A stretch of DNA of 62,969 nt, filler included, from Chiloscyllium plagiosum (lineage: Eukaryota): the NCBI RefSeq assembly GCF_004010195.1. It is 4 parts of one record of this genome, joined end to end, with 100 filler letters (N's around TTAATTAATTAA, not from the genome) between each part and the next. Parts side by side here need not be neighbours in the genome. Positions count along the whole stretch, not along the records: positions 12,972 to 30,397 come from NC_057713.1; positions 30,498 to 47,801 come from NC_057713.1; 2 more parts are not named here. One strand, given 5' to 3'. Positions 26,247 to 38,619 of the stretch are shown here, piece after piece (positions within the stretch are counted from its first letter, which is position 1; each line of letters opens with the position of its first letter). The position numbers and the translations under genes are program-made. Below the pieces are notes generated by a model, which saw only the letters and a list, made by a program, of their open reading frames with translations, had not been told where the DNA came from and did no database searches.

Positions 26247-27739
26247 TTAGATGCTAGTCTTCAGATCTTCCGGTCTCTTTTCTCCCTGGTTAGGATATCT
26301 GCATTACAGGTTACTGATTGAAAAGGGACATTCAGAGAAATATTTTTTCAAGCAGTCTCTTACATGCTAGGACGTGGCAGATCTCCTCTAAACTGTTCAA
26401 TTTTCCCCAGTCTTATACTCCAGAGCATCAGATTGTATCATTGGCTTTTAAGATTGAATTGAGTATGTTGTCAATCTTGATTGGGGTTTGATATGTTGCT
26501 TTGGGTATAATTTAAACTGATTGGCTAAATTTGAATTTATTTTCGTCTCCAAGCAATGAACTAATCGAGTGGTTCGACCAAGTGTTACACTGTTACCATT
26601 TTTGAGTACACAGTGCTGAGTCCGGTAGTTCTGCTGCTTTTAACTCAAAGGTATACCCACATCTTCATAACAGTCCATACAGAACTAGAAATAAGGACCT
26701 GCTGACGGAGTTCGAGGAGCTAGGCTTCCAAATTAAGCAATTCCTGTTTTATAATCTGATCAATTTACAAATTTGCATAGGATCAACACGGTTGAATGAA
26801 TAGCTGAAAAGATGCTGCACTGGTACTGAAGAAACACGATCTGTTAGGATGGGTTCCATTTAACCTAGCTGGGATTGGTGTCCTAGTGAACAATCAACTA
26901 GATGTGGAAGGAGGTAGGTGAAAGGTTCAGGTGGAAAGTTGGGTCAGTAGAACTTGGGTGGTACAGATGGGCAGTTTAACAGCAGCAAGATTTTACATTT
27001 CATCCTGAACATAAAAACCCCTGAACGTCCTTCTCTAAATCATCAAATCAAAAATTTCACACAAAGTTACAAATGGTGGTATGACAGCAAATGACCAAAA
27101 CAATTGAAGTAATGTGCATATTCAAGCAGGAGGTAGCAGAGGACTTTAGGAAGAGAATGCCAAAGCTTGAGGCTTAGCAATTGAAAAGGTGGTCAACAAT
27201 GGTGCAGCAACAAATTAGATACACTCATCACATCACATTAAGTATAAACAGATGGTTGAGGCTCTCAAATTATAGCAATGTGAAAGAAACTGCAAACAGT
27301 CCGATTCAATTTTGGACACAGGCTGGGGAGAGGAATGGATTTGATGGCGAAAGAGCTGAAGACAAGGGCTCTGAAGTCTTTTTAATATTTAATTTGAGGA
27401 AACCACTGCCCATCCAAGATGGGATATTCAGGAAGGCACAAAGGCTGTAAACATCAATACAATAATGAATAAAGTTACATCAAAGAAGAATAAATAGAAG
27501 ATGCACCCTTGATCCCAGTTCTGTCTTCTATTACTCAACCAATCCTCTAGCCATGTGAGCACTAAATGGCACAAATACATCATAATGAGGTTGATTGACA
27601 GGTCATTTGACATGATTGCTTGGTGACTAGTGTTAGGAATAAACATTCCCAGGGCTTTTATCATTTTAAAATGACAGACAAAATGAAACACAAGGTCGGA
27701 AATCAGGACTTCTGGCTGCAAACAATGCGCTTTCGAGAT

Positions 27740-28540
27740 CACACGTGGGGATTACTGCCTGTGTCACAATCAACCCAGTGAACCTTCTCTGGATTGCCTC
27801 CATCATTACATCTTTCCTTCGACAAGGAGCAAAATGTTCAGTCTTCCAAATCTGGTCCGACTGCTGCCTTGTATAGTTTTAGCAAGGCTTCCATAATCTT
27901 AATACTCCATTCCTTTCGGAATGGAAACCAACATTCTACTTGCCTTCCCTATAACCTGCTGAACTTGGATGCTAGCCTTTTGTGATTCATGCACAAGAAT
28001 CCCCAAGTACTTCTGCGCTGCTGGTTGCTGCAGTTTTTCTCTATTTAACTAATATTCAGATTATGTATTCTTTCTGCCAAAGCACATAACCTCATGTTTT
28101 CCCATATAAAATTTTCCATCTGGCAAGATTTTGCCCACACATGTAACTTGTCTGCATCCCTCTGTAGACTGTCATGCTCAGGACTTGTCTCCCCACGTAG
28201 TTTTGTGTCATCCACAAACTTGGCCATTGTATGTCCACTTTTCTCAAAGTTATTAACATATTACAATTGTGACTCAACCTGATCCATGTGGCACTCTACT
28301 AATTTCAGGATGCCATCTTGAAAATGTACCATTTATCATAATTGTGCCTTCCATCAAATCAGCCAATCCTCTGGTCATGCTACCCCCAACACCATGGATG
28401 CTTAAGTAGCCCAACTTGTGGTACCTTATCAAAAGCCTTCCGAAAATCTAAACATATTACACCGATTGCTGCTTCCCCTTTATCTACTTGCTATTACCTC
28501 AAAAAGCCACAAATTTATCAGGCATGATTTCTCCTTCATG
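27740..28540 (-). mobile_element. Old CR1 LINE fragment
   Basis: AKFVDDTKL..LQRDADKL, and the reverse of DFRKAFDKVP. Confidence 0.75.
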
Positions 28541-28544
28541 AAGG

Positions 28545-28640
28545 TGGTAAAAACAATGACTGCAGATGCTGGAAACCAGATTCTGGATTAGTGGCACTGG
28601 AAGAGCACAGAAGTTCAGGCAGCATCCAAGGAGCAGCGAG
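28545..28640 (-). mobile_element. Penelope-like short family A fragment
   Basis: Reverse complement of 30770-30863. Confidence 0.75.
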
Positions 28641-29002
28641 CCAGCCTTACTGCTTGATTTTAATGCTCTGGTATTAAACCCTTTCAAACAGACTAACATT
28701 GCAGATGTTAACTGGCCTAAAATCGGTCTCCATTTTTGAATGATGCCAAAATATTCAAAATTTTTCCACTTACATGTGAAGCTCAGATTATTTTTATTCA
28801 CGCACAGGATGAAAGTGCCACTTGCTCAGCCAGCCTTTACTATCCAAAGGACATCAGGGAACCAAACGGGTATTTCTAATAAGCGGTAGTAGTTTGAAGG
28901 TCATGCTAACCACTGAGCACGGTAGCTCAGTGGTTAGCACAGCTGCCTCACAGCAATTTTTTTTAAAAATTAAATTCAAACACCATCTGTCATGGCTGGA
29001 TT

Positions 29003-29292
29003 TTAGATTACCTTCCATACAGTGTGAAAACAGGCCCTTCAGCCCAACAAGCCCACAATGACCCTCCAAAGGGTAACCCACCTAGACCTATTTCCCTCTG
29101 ACTAACACACCTAACACTATGGGCAATTTAGCATGGCCAATTCACCTGACCTGCACATCTTTGGACTGTGGGAGGAAACTCACGCAGACACGAGGAGAAT
29201 GTGCAAACTCCACAGTCACCAGAGGCTGGTATCGAACCAGGGTATCTGGTGCTGTGAGGCAGCAGTGCCAACCACTGAGCCACCGTGCCACC
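29003..29292 (-). mobile_element. HE1/V-SINE nested in a second tRNA-SINE family
   Basis: Reverse HE1 head (ccactgagccaccgtgcc) and body. The flanks at 28955-29000 and 29293-29360 match the SINE at 43055-43397. Confidence 0.85.
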
Positions 29293-29584
29293 TCAGTCCC
29301 CAGAACATTGTGGTTCTCTGGATTAATAGGCCAGCAAGAACACCACTAGGTTATCCCCTCCCCAAACTCATCTTTACTGGATACAGCTTGGAGCAGCTGC
29401 AGGCAGGGACAAAGGAACCAGGAAGGAAGCTGCAGGAACACAATCTTCTGTGTAGCTCCTGTTGATGTGACAACTTCAAAAAGTGAGGTGGGGAGGGCTC
29501 CAGATTAGAGAGTACTGGGCACCTAGCAATTACTGGTTAACACTTGCTTATTCTACAGATTTAAAGCAACGGTAACTGTCAGAG

Positions 29585-29905
29585 GGTTAGATAGGGTGGA
29601 CAGGAAGAGCCTTTTTCCAAGTATGGTGATGGCAAGCACGAGGGGACATAGCTTTAAATTGAGGGGTGATAGATATAGGACAGATGTCAGAGGTAGTTTC
29701 TTTACTCAGTAGTAGCGGCATGGAATGCTTTGCCTGCAACGTAGTAGATTCGCAAACTTTAAGTACACTGAAGTCATCACTGGACAAGCATATGGACGTA
29801 GATGAAATAGTGTAGGTTAGATGGACTTCAGATTGGTATGACAGGTCGACGCAACATCGAGGGCCAAAGGGCCTGTACTGCGCTGTAAGTGTTCTATGTT
29901 CCATG
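29585..29905 (+). mobile_element. CR1 3' tail fragment
   Basis: acgaggggacatagctttaaattgaggggtgatag...gttctatgttc. Confidence 0.85.
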
Positions 29906-30115
29906 TTACAGTTAATTTTTTCATAACCTTAGTGACAGAGTAGCAAGTCTAACAAAATAAGAATTCTAGTCTAAGGCTTGAACAGTAAGTTTGGGAGATG
30001 TCAGGAGATGCCAGTCAAATGGAATGTGTAGCTGGTCACACATAGGGAGTCCTGGATGCTGCCAGTGTCCCAGATGACCACTCATGCAGGAAATGCTTCC
30101 AGCTGCAGAAGCTTT

Positions 30116-30397
30116 GGGCGGCACAGTGGCACAGTGGTTAGCACTGCTGCCTCACAGCACCAGAGACCCGGGTTCAATTCCCGCCTCAGGCGACTAACTG
30201 TGTGGAGTTTGCACATTCTCTGTGTGGGTTTCCTCCGGGTGCTCCAGTTTCCTCCCACAGTCCAAAAATGTGCAGGTCAGGTGAATTGGCCATGCTAAAT
30301 TGCCCGTAGTGTTAGGTGCAGGGGTAAATGAAGGGGAATGGGTCTGGGTGGGTTGCGCTTCGGCGGGTCGGTGTGGACTTGTTGGGCCGAAGGGCCT
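30116..30397 (+). mobile_element. HE1/V-SINE running into a gap
   Basis: Near-identical to 40677-40993. Confidence 0.92.
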
Positions 30398-30497
30398 NNN
30401 NNNNNNNNNNNNNNNNNNNNNNNNNNNNNNNNNNNNNNNNNTTAATTAATTAANNNNNNNNNNNNNNNNNNNNNNNNNNNNNNNNNNNNNNNNNNNN
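30398..30497. other. Artificial contig spacer, 44N-TTAATTAATTAA-44N
   Basis: Same structure as 12872-12971. Confidence 0.95.
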
Positions 30498-30863
30498 TTC
30501 CTCATTTCCCCTTCCCCCACCTCACCCTAGTTCCAAACTTCCAGCTCAGCACTGTCCCCATGACTTGTCTGGACTTGTCCTACCTGCCTATCTCCTTTTC
30601 CACCTATCCACTCCACCCTCTCCTCCCTGACCTATCACCTTCATCCCCTCCCCCACTCACCTATTGTACTCTATGCTACTTTCTCCCCACCCCCACCTAG
30701 CTTATCTCTCCACGCTTCAGGCTCTCTGCCTTTATTCCTGACAAAGGGCTTTTGCCCGAAACGTCGATTTTGCTGCTCCTCGGATGCTGCCTGAACTGCT
30801 GTGCTCTTCCAGCACCACTAATCCAGAATCTGGTTTCCAGCATCTGCAGTCATTGTTTTTACC
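30498..30863 (+). mobile_element. Penelope-like family A terminal repeat, long form
   Basis: The 5' part matches 47676-47801, which follows a GIY-YIG C-terminus. The 3' part is the short family A body, with ctgacaaagggcttttgcccgaaacgtc at 30738-30765. Confidence 0.8.
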
Positions 30864-31835
30864 TTGAGAGGTGGTCACATCACAGCTGAAGGGACTAAAG
30901 GACAGATGAGAACCAGACAGTCCAGAAAGAGCAGGCAAGTAGTGCAGGAGTACCGAGGTCGCACTCACTAAACGACACTCCATTTTGGAAACTGATGAGG
31001 GTACTGGTACCTCAGAACACAGTCAGAGCCAAGGTTCTGACAAGTGGCTTGACTGTAGGGGATATGGGAGGAAAAAGGAACAGCAAAGTGAGGAATGAAG
31101 TCTTCCATTAATAAATTAGGGAACTAGTCAGGACCTCAATGGTCATAACACTGGGAGTGATCCAGAGGTTATGGTAGAGTTTAGAAATAGGAAAGTAGGA
31201 CAGATGAACGTGTGGCTAAAAGGTTGGTACAACATGTCGAAATGGGATGGTCTGCACCTGGATCACACTGGGACCAACATCCTGCAGGTAGGATTTGCTG
31301 GTTCAGTTGAGTGTAGTAGGTAAGACTAATCAGTTAATGGCATGGATTAACTTGTGGAACTATGATATTGTTGCCAACACAGAAACATGGTCAAAGGGCT
31401 GGCTGGATTGGAAATTCAATATTTTATACCAAAAGATCTTTAGCAAGACAGAGGAGTGTGTAAAAAAAAAAGTGGTGTAGCACTATTAAAATAGTCAGTT
31501 ACTGTGATAAGGAGAGAGGATAACTCAGAATGGTCCTCAAATGAGGCTTTGTGGGTAGAACCCAAGAATGGTAAGGGGGCAGGAGTACATTATACACCTC
31601 CCAAAGAGTAAACAGAAAATACAGCAGCAATTACACACAGTTCACGGAAGTGTTTAGGAGTAATTATCAGGTAATTACAAGAGGAGATTTCAGATTCCCA
31701 AAAGAAATTGGGATACTCAGTGTTAAGGTTTTAGACGGGTCAGATTTCTTCAACTGTATCTCGGGGAGTTTTTTTAATATATTGGTACACAAAAGGCCCA
31801 AGGGATAGTGCAATTCTAGAGAAAGCAGCTAGAAA

Positions 31836-32106
31836 GGGCAGCACAGTGGTTAGCACTGCTGCCTCAGCACCAGGTTCGATTCCAGCCTCGGGTGACTGAC
31901 TGTGGAGTTTGTACATTCTCCCAGTGTCTGCGTGGGTTTTCTCTGGGTGCTCCGGTTTCCTCCCACAACCCAAAGATGCGCAGGTCAGGTGAATTGGCCA
32001 TGCTAAATTGTCCATGGTGCTAGGTGCATTAGACAGAGTGAAATGGGTCTGGGTGGGTTACTCTTCAGGGGGTCAGTGTGGACTGGTTGGGCCAAAGGGC
32101 CTGTTT
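31836..32106 (+). mobile_element. HE1/V-SINE whose tail resumes at 35025-35053 after a CR1 insertion
   Basis: HE1 head and V-domain. The sequence tgttt is duplicated at 32102-32106 and 35025-35029. Confidence 0.85.
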
Positions 32107-35024
32107 GTTTAAGAAGGAAATTGGAGGGAAAGTTAGAACAAGGGAAGTCAAGAAAGACAACTGTATCAATGAGGCAGAAAACTCAAAGGGATCATGCTGT
32201 AAGGTTGAGTGAAAAAGGAGTTGATGGGAAGGGTGAAAATACTATACATGAATGCACGAAGCATTAGAAATAAGATGGATGAGCTTGAGGCTCTTTTGGA
32301 AATTGGCAGATACGATATTGTGGGGATAACAGAGACGTGGCTTCAAATGGACAGGGCCTGGGAAATGAATATTCAAGGNNNNNNNNNNNNNNNNNNNNNN
32401 NNNNNNNNNNNNNNNNNNNNNNNNNNNNNNNNNNNNNNNNNNNNNNNNNNNNNNNNNNNNNNNNNNNNNNNNNNNNNNNNNNNNNNNNNNNNNNNNNNNN
32501 NNNNNNNNNNNNNNNNNNNNNNNNNNNNNNNNNNNNNNNNNNNNNNNNNNNNNNNNNNNNNNNNNNNNNNNNNNNNNNNNNNNNNNNNNNNNNNNNNNNN
32601 NNNNNNNNNNNNNNNNNNNNNNNNNNNNNNNNNNNNNNNNNNNNNNNNNNNNNNNNNNNNNNNNNNNNNNNNNNNNNNNNNNNNNNNNNNNNNNNNNNNN
32701 NNNNNNNNNNNNNNNNNNNNNNNNNNNNNNNNNNNNNNNNNNNNNNNNNNNNNNNNNNNNNNNNNNNNNNNNNNNNNNNNNNNNNNNNNNNNNNNNNNNN
32801 NNNNNNNNNNNNNNNNNNNNNNNNNNNNNNNNNNNNNNNNNNNNNNNNNNNNNNNNNNNNNNNNNNNNNNNNNNNNNNNNNNNNNNNNNNNNNNNNNNNN
32901 NNNNNNNNNNNNNNNNNNNNNNNNNNNNNNNNNNNNNNNNNNNNNNNNNNNNNNNNNNNNNNNNNNNNNNNNNNNNNNNNNNNNNNNNNNNNNNNNNNNN
33001 NNNNNNNNNNNNNNNNNNNNNNNNNNNNNNNNNNNNNNNNNNNNNNNNNNNNNNNNNNNNNNNNNNNNNNNNNNNNNNNNNNNNNNNNNNNNNNNNNNNN
33101 NNNNNNNNNNNNNNNNNNNNNNNNNNNNNNNNNNNNNNNNNNNNNNNNNNNNNNNNNNNNNNNNNNNNNNNNNAGAGTTGAATTGGTACTTCAGATCTGT
33201 GTTCACTGGGGAAGACACAAGCAATCTCCCTGATGTAACAGTGGCTGAAGGCCCTGAACTGAAGGGAATTTATATTTGCCAGGAATTGGTGTTGGAGAGA
33301 CTGTTAGGTCTGAAGGTTGATAAGTCCCCGGGGCCTGATGGTCTACATCCCAGGGTACTGAAGGAGATGGCTCGAGAAATCGTGGAAGCATTGTTGATTA
33401 TTTTCCAGAGTTCGATAGATTTGGGATCAGTTCCTGCGGATTGGAGGGTGGCTAATGTTGTACCACTTTTTAAGAAACGTGGGAGAAAGAAAGCAGGAAA
33501 TTATAGCCCAGTTAGTCTGACCTCAGTGGTGGGAAAGATGCTGGAGTCTATTATAAAGGATGAAATTACGACACATCTGACAGGATAGGTCAGAGTCAGC
33601 ATGGATTTATGAAGGGGAAATCATGCTTGACTAACCTTCTGGAATTTTGAGGATGTAACTCTGAAGATGGACAAGGGAGATCCAGTAGATGTAGTGTACC
33701 TGGACTTTCAGAAAGCTTTTGATAAAGTCCTACATAGGAGGTTAGTGAGCAAAATTAGGGCGCATGGTATTGGGGGCAAAGTACTAACTTGGATTGAAAG
33801 TTGGTTGGCTGATAGGAAACAAAGACTAGTGATAAACGGCCCCATTTCGGAGTGGCAGGCAGTGACCAGTGGGGTACCGCAGGGATCAGTACAGGGACCG
33901 CAGCTTTTTATAATAGATGTTATAATAGAAGATGGTATTGGCAATAACATTAGCAAGTTTGCTGATGATACTAAGCTGGGTGGCAGGGTGAAATGTGATG
34001 AGGATGTTAGGAGATTACAGGGTGACCTGGACAGGGTAGGTGGGTGGTCAGATGCATGGCAGATGCAATTTAATGTGGATAAATGTATGGTTATCCACTT
34101 TGGTGGCAAGAACAGGAAGGCAGATTACTATCTAAATGGAGTCAATTTAGGTAAAGGGGCAGTATAGAGAGATCTGGTTGTTCTTGTACACCAGCCAATG
34201 AAGGTAAGCATGCAGGTACAGCAGGTAGTGAAGGCGGCTAATAGCATGCTGGCCTTCATAAGAGGGATTGAGTACAGAAACAAAGAGGTTCTTCTGCAGC
34301 TGTACAGGGCCCTGGTGAGACCATACCTGGAGTACTGTGTGCAGTTCTGGTCTCCAAATTTGAGGAAAGACATTCTGGCTATTGAGGGAGTGCAGCGTAG
34401 GTTCACAAGGTCAATTCCTGGAATGGCAGGACTACCTTATGTTGAAAGACTGGAGCGACTGGGCTTGTATACCCTTGAGTTTAAGGCATGAGACCTTCTT
34501 CAGGAAGGGCTCATGCCCAAAACATCGATTCTCCTGCTCCTTGGATGCTGCCTGACCTGCTGTGCTTTTCCAGCAACACATTTTCAGCTCTGATCTCCAG
34601 CATCTGCAGTCCTCAATTTACCCTTGAGTTTAGAAGACTGAGAGGGGATCTGATTGAGACATAAGATTATTAAAAAATTGGATACTCTGGAGGCAGGAAA
34701 CATATTTCCGTTGATGGGTGAGTGCCGAACCAGAGGACACAGTTTAAAAATAAGGGGTAGGCCATTTAGGACAGAGATGAGGAGAAACATCTTCACCCAG
34801 AGAGTGGTGGCTGTGTGGAATGCTCTGCCCCAGAGGGCAGTGGAGGCCCAGTCTCTGGATTCATTTAAGAAAGAGTTGGATAGAGCTCTCAAGGATAGTG
34901 GAATCAAGGGTTATGGAGATAAGGCAGGAACAGGATACTGATTAAGGATGATCAGCCATGATCATATTGAATGGTGGTGCAGGCTCGAAGGGCAGAATGG
35001 CCTAATCCTGCACCTATTGTCTAT
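32107..35024 (+). mobile_element. Younger CR1 LINE, ORF2 from endonuclease to tail (N gap 32379-33173)
   Basis: YMNARSIRNK, GITETWL, KSPGPDGLHPRVLKE, DFQKAFDKV, KFADDTKLGG, LVRPYLEYCVQFWSP. Tail ctattgtctattg. Confidence 0.95.
34484..34618 (+). mobile_element. Penelope-like short family A insertion with an inverted 5' segment
   Basis: Perfect 14-nt TSD tacccttgagttta (34470-34483 and 34619-34632). 34484-34504 is the inverted core; the forward body starts at 34505. Confidence 0.85.
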
Positions 35025-38000
35025 TGTTTCTGCACTGTTGGAAATGTAATCTCATAATTGTTCAAAGTGGCAAAGGGGTAATGTTATAGCGATAGTAACC
35101 ACAACATGGTATGGTTCAAATTTGTTCTGGACAAAGAAAAAGATGGCCTGCAAAAGATGGCTTGGAGTAGGCTTTTTTTGCAGGGGGGGGGGGTGAAAGA
35201 GTGGGAGGGGCAGATTGGAAACAGCTCCTTGTAGCTAAGTCCACAGCAGACTAAAGGTTTTGGGGCATGGGTTTGAGCATTCAAAAAAGTACAGAGAAGA
35301 CTACAGGACTAGCTTGTACCCTGTAAGGAGTATGTAGGGAACAATAAGTTCAGAGAGCCCTGTATGTTTAGGACAATACAGGACTGGATGAGGAAGAAGG
35401 GTATTCAGCAAGTCCAAAGGGAACAATTCAGCTGCAGTCCTACAGGAATACAGCAAGTGCAGGAGGGAACTCAAGAAAGCAATTAGAAGAGCAAAATGAT
35501 AGGCACAGGAAAGGACTAGCAAATAGGAAAGGAAGAGTAGGGGCTATTAGGGGCCAATCTGTATGAAAACAGAACATTGGAAGGGGTTGAATGAATACTT
35601 CTCTTCAGTCTTCACTCTGGACAAGGTGAACATAGATACAAAAAGGGACAGAGGTGCTCACACAGTTTCACAGAAAAAGAATTGGAGACTGACAGGTTTG
35701 AAAAATAGACAAATCCCTTGGCCTGGATTAATTGCACCAGAGGTTGCTGTGGGAGGAGAGACAAGAAATTGCAGGGACTATCACAAATTTTTTATTCCTC
35801 TCTGGCCACAGGGGAAGAGCCAAAGGACTGGAGGACAGTAAATGTGGTTCCACTTTTTTAAGAGGCTTCTGAAGGTGAACCATAAAATTACAGATTGATG
35901 AGCGTCTCATGTAAAGGGTAGGGAAACAATTGGAGAAACTGGAGAGAATTAATACCCACTTGAAAAGGCATGAGTTAATTAGGGATAATCAGCATGGCTT
36001 TGTCAAAAGGAGGTCATGCCTAACAAATTTGTTAGAACTTTTCCAAAAACGTGATCAAGTATGGGGATCAGGTAAATTCAGTTGATCTACTTTATATGAA
36101 TTTTAGCAAAGCTTTTGACACAAGTCCCACATGAGAGACTGAGAAGGTTAAAGCACAAGGAATGGAGAGAAACTTGGTGAGATGGATCAGAAACAAGAAT
36201 TCTGAACATAAAGGTTTGTGTAAATATCCATTAAATCTTTCTTCATGAGCTCTGCTGATTCAAGTAATAGGACAAAGTGTAATGATAAGATGGCTGTTTG
36301 AGTGACTGGAGGCTGGTGTCCAGTGATGTACCAGAAGGAGCAGTAATGGGACCCTTATTGTTTGTTATATACAGAAATGATTAGATGAAAATCTGGGAGA
36401 AATGTTAAGCAAATTTAGTGAATGGCAGGGCACTGGGTAGCTTAGAGGAACAGGGCTCTTGGGATAATTAACTCCGAGCATATGACTAGGATAGGTAAGG
36501 TATATGGAACACTTGCTTTCATCAGCCATGACAGATATAAGAGAAAGGCGGCAATGTTGGAACATACAAAGCATTGGTTAGGCTACAGCTGTAGTACTGA
36601 GTGCAGATCTGGTCATCTCACTACACGAAGAATGTGATAGCCCTGGAAGAGATACAGAGGAGGTTCACCAGGATGTTGTCTGGAATGGAGCAATTGAGCA
36701 ATAAGGAGACACTGGACAGGCTGGTTTCCTTTAGAGTAGAGAAAACTGAGAGGGTGACAAGATAGAGGCATAAGATTGAGGGATATAGACAGGGTGAAGA
36801 GAGACCAGCTGTTCCCCTTAGTTGAGAGAACAATGAAAATATCACAGGAACAGGCTCTACAGCCTTCTACGCCTGCACCAAACCAGATCCTCCGTCTAAA
36901 CCTGTCGCCTATTTCTAAGGATCTGTATCCCTCTGCTCCCTGCCCATCCAAAATGTATCTAGACAGATATATAAATGATGCATAGTTTTGCGGTAAGGGG
37001 CAGGCGATTCAGAGGGGATATGGGGAAAGAGCTGTTTCCCCTCAGCGGGAGATGGGAATTTGGAATGCACGGCAGGCCAGAAAATGTACAACTTAAAAAA
37101 CAAATTGGATTAGCACTTGAAGTATCAACATTCAAGGATATGGGAGAAGTGCAGGAAATTGGGATTAGTACACTTTTAGTGGTAGTTATTGTTGCTGCAG
37201 ATGTGATGGGCCAAATGGCCTTTTCTGTGCTGTATGACTCCTCTATGACTACAAATCTTACACCATACTCAGATGGTACACTTCTGGGCCAATAACTCAG
37301 CATTTCACAGCCTTGAATCAGCAGAGCTCATGAAGAAAGATTTAATGGATATTTACACAAACTTTTATGTTCAGAATTCTTGTGAACACTAGGATGAATT
37401 AAACTGCCAAAAGCATAGTGATTGGGTTGAACAGATTTCACTCGTCTACTTATTTCTCTCCACAGGTGCTGCCAGGCCTGAGCTTTTCCAGCAATTTCTG
37501 TTTGTCACTTACCTGCTTGTTAATGGAAGTGCCACTACATAGATGTCAGAAAGGATCACACAATCACATTTAAATCTTCAACCCTTCCCTTGTTCCCAAT
37601 TTAAGAATCTAAATTTTAGATTTGCACTCATTCTGAAATATTGATAAATTAATAAAAATGCTAGATCCTCCTGTCTAATTGTTGGATATATCAATCCTTT
37701 TCATAGAGAGTTTTTAAAACAATTGAGACAAATATTATTGTTCAGCCAATTTGTGTTATCATGGTCACTACCAGAGTGTAAGGAGGCAGTCCCATTTTGT
37801 AGAATATTTTTATTTCTGAATTTTGAATCAATTTTCCTTGGGTTGCCTCCAAAATAGTGAAAGAATTAAGAAGGGCCAGGTTCTGCTGTAAATTCTCAAC
37901 AATTGACTTCACTGATCCTTCAACTACCTGTCACTGAAATCTTGAAGATTTATTTCAATATTTCCAATTCTTTTCTGACTTCTCAACTTGCCATTCTTTG

Positions 38001-38410
38001 CTTCATAATTAATAAATCAGTGCCTCATTCTTGTTTTAGCTCTCAAATAAACACTGGCCACGCATCCTTTTGTAACATTAGAAAATAACTTGCTATTTAG
38101 CGGAATACCTACCTTATTGAGTTTGTTACAATTTGTGTACTGACAGTTCTGCTTAAGTGGATATAACTTGAGGGTAGGTGGAAAATCATATACATGGCTC
38201 AGATGTTGCCTCTTAATTGCTTCCTAAGTCTAATTGCTATTCTGGTATGAAGCAACAACATTTATTTTCCTTTTCTCAGTGTAAAGTTTTAACCTTTGTA
38301 CCATAATGCCTTTGTACTTTAAATAAATTTAATCCCATACCAAGTAATGGGTGTTCATTGCAGTATCCTTAATTTACCCCAACGTTTTCTATGAGGTTTA
38401 CACCTTGCCC

Positions 38411-38619
38411 TGTGGTCAGTTAGCTCAGTTGGTTGGATGGCTGGCTTGTGATGCCAACTGCCTGGGTTCAATTTCCACACTGACCGAAGTTACCATGAAG
38501 GACTCAATTTCTCAATCGCTTGCCCTGCCTGAAGCATGGTGGCTTTCAGGTTAAACCACCAGATGTCTCTCTATCATGAGCGTGCAGCCCTATGGCTCTC
38601 TAGGATGATAGCAACTTTC
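38411..38619 (+). mobile_element. tRNA-derived SINE (distinct family)
   Basis: A box tagctcagttgg, B box ggttcaatttcc. 10-nt TSD caccttgccc at 38401-38410 and 38620-38629. Confidence 0.75.

Larger units (their letters stand above)
29990..37240 (+). mobile_element. Old, roughly full-length CR1 (ORF1, endonuclease, RT, tail) carrying nested insertions
   Basis: ORF1 zinc-finger-like H.CRKC.QLQ at about 30078-30110; ORF1 resumes at about 30865; endonuclease YDIVANTETW at about 31360; resumes at about 35055 with RT remnants (NFSKAFD); tail at about 37200-37240. Confidence 0.7.

Noticed and set aside
32209..33588. Long 283-459 aa ORFs
   Set aside because: Their length comes from reading through the N gap. 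The real parts are CR1 ORF2.
37506..37515. Perfect minus-strand donor CAG/GTAAGTG (similar site at 16321-16329)
   Set aside because: The upstream sequence encodes nothing recognisable. A cryptic exon cannot be supported without RNA data.
37996..38016. Minus-strand FINYEAK resembling RAB2A exon 7 (AFINTAK)
   Set aside because: No acceptor AG in position, and the similarity does not continue.
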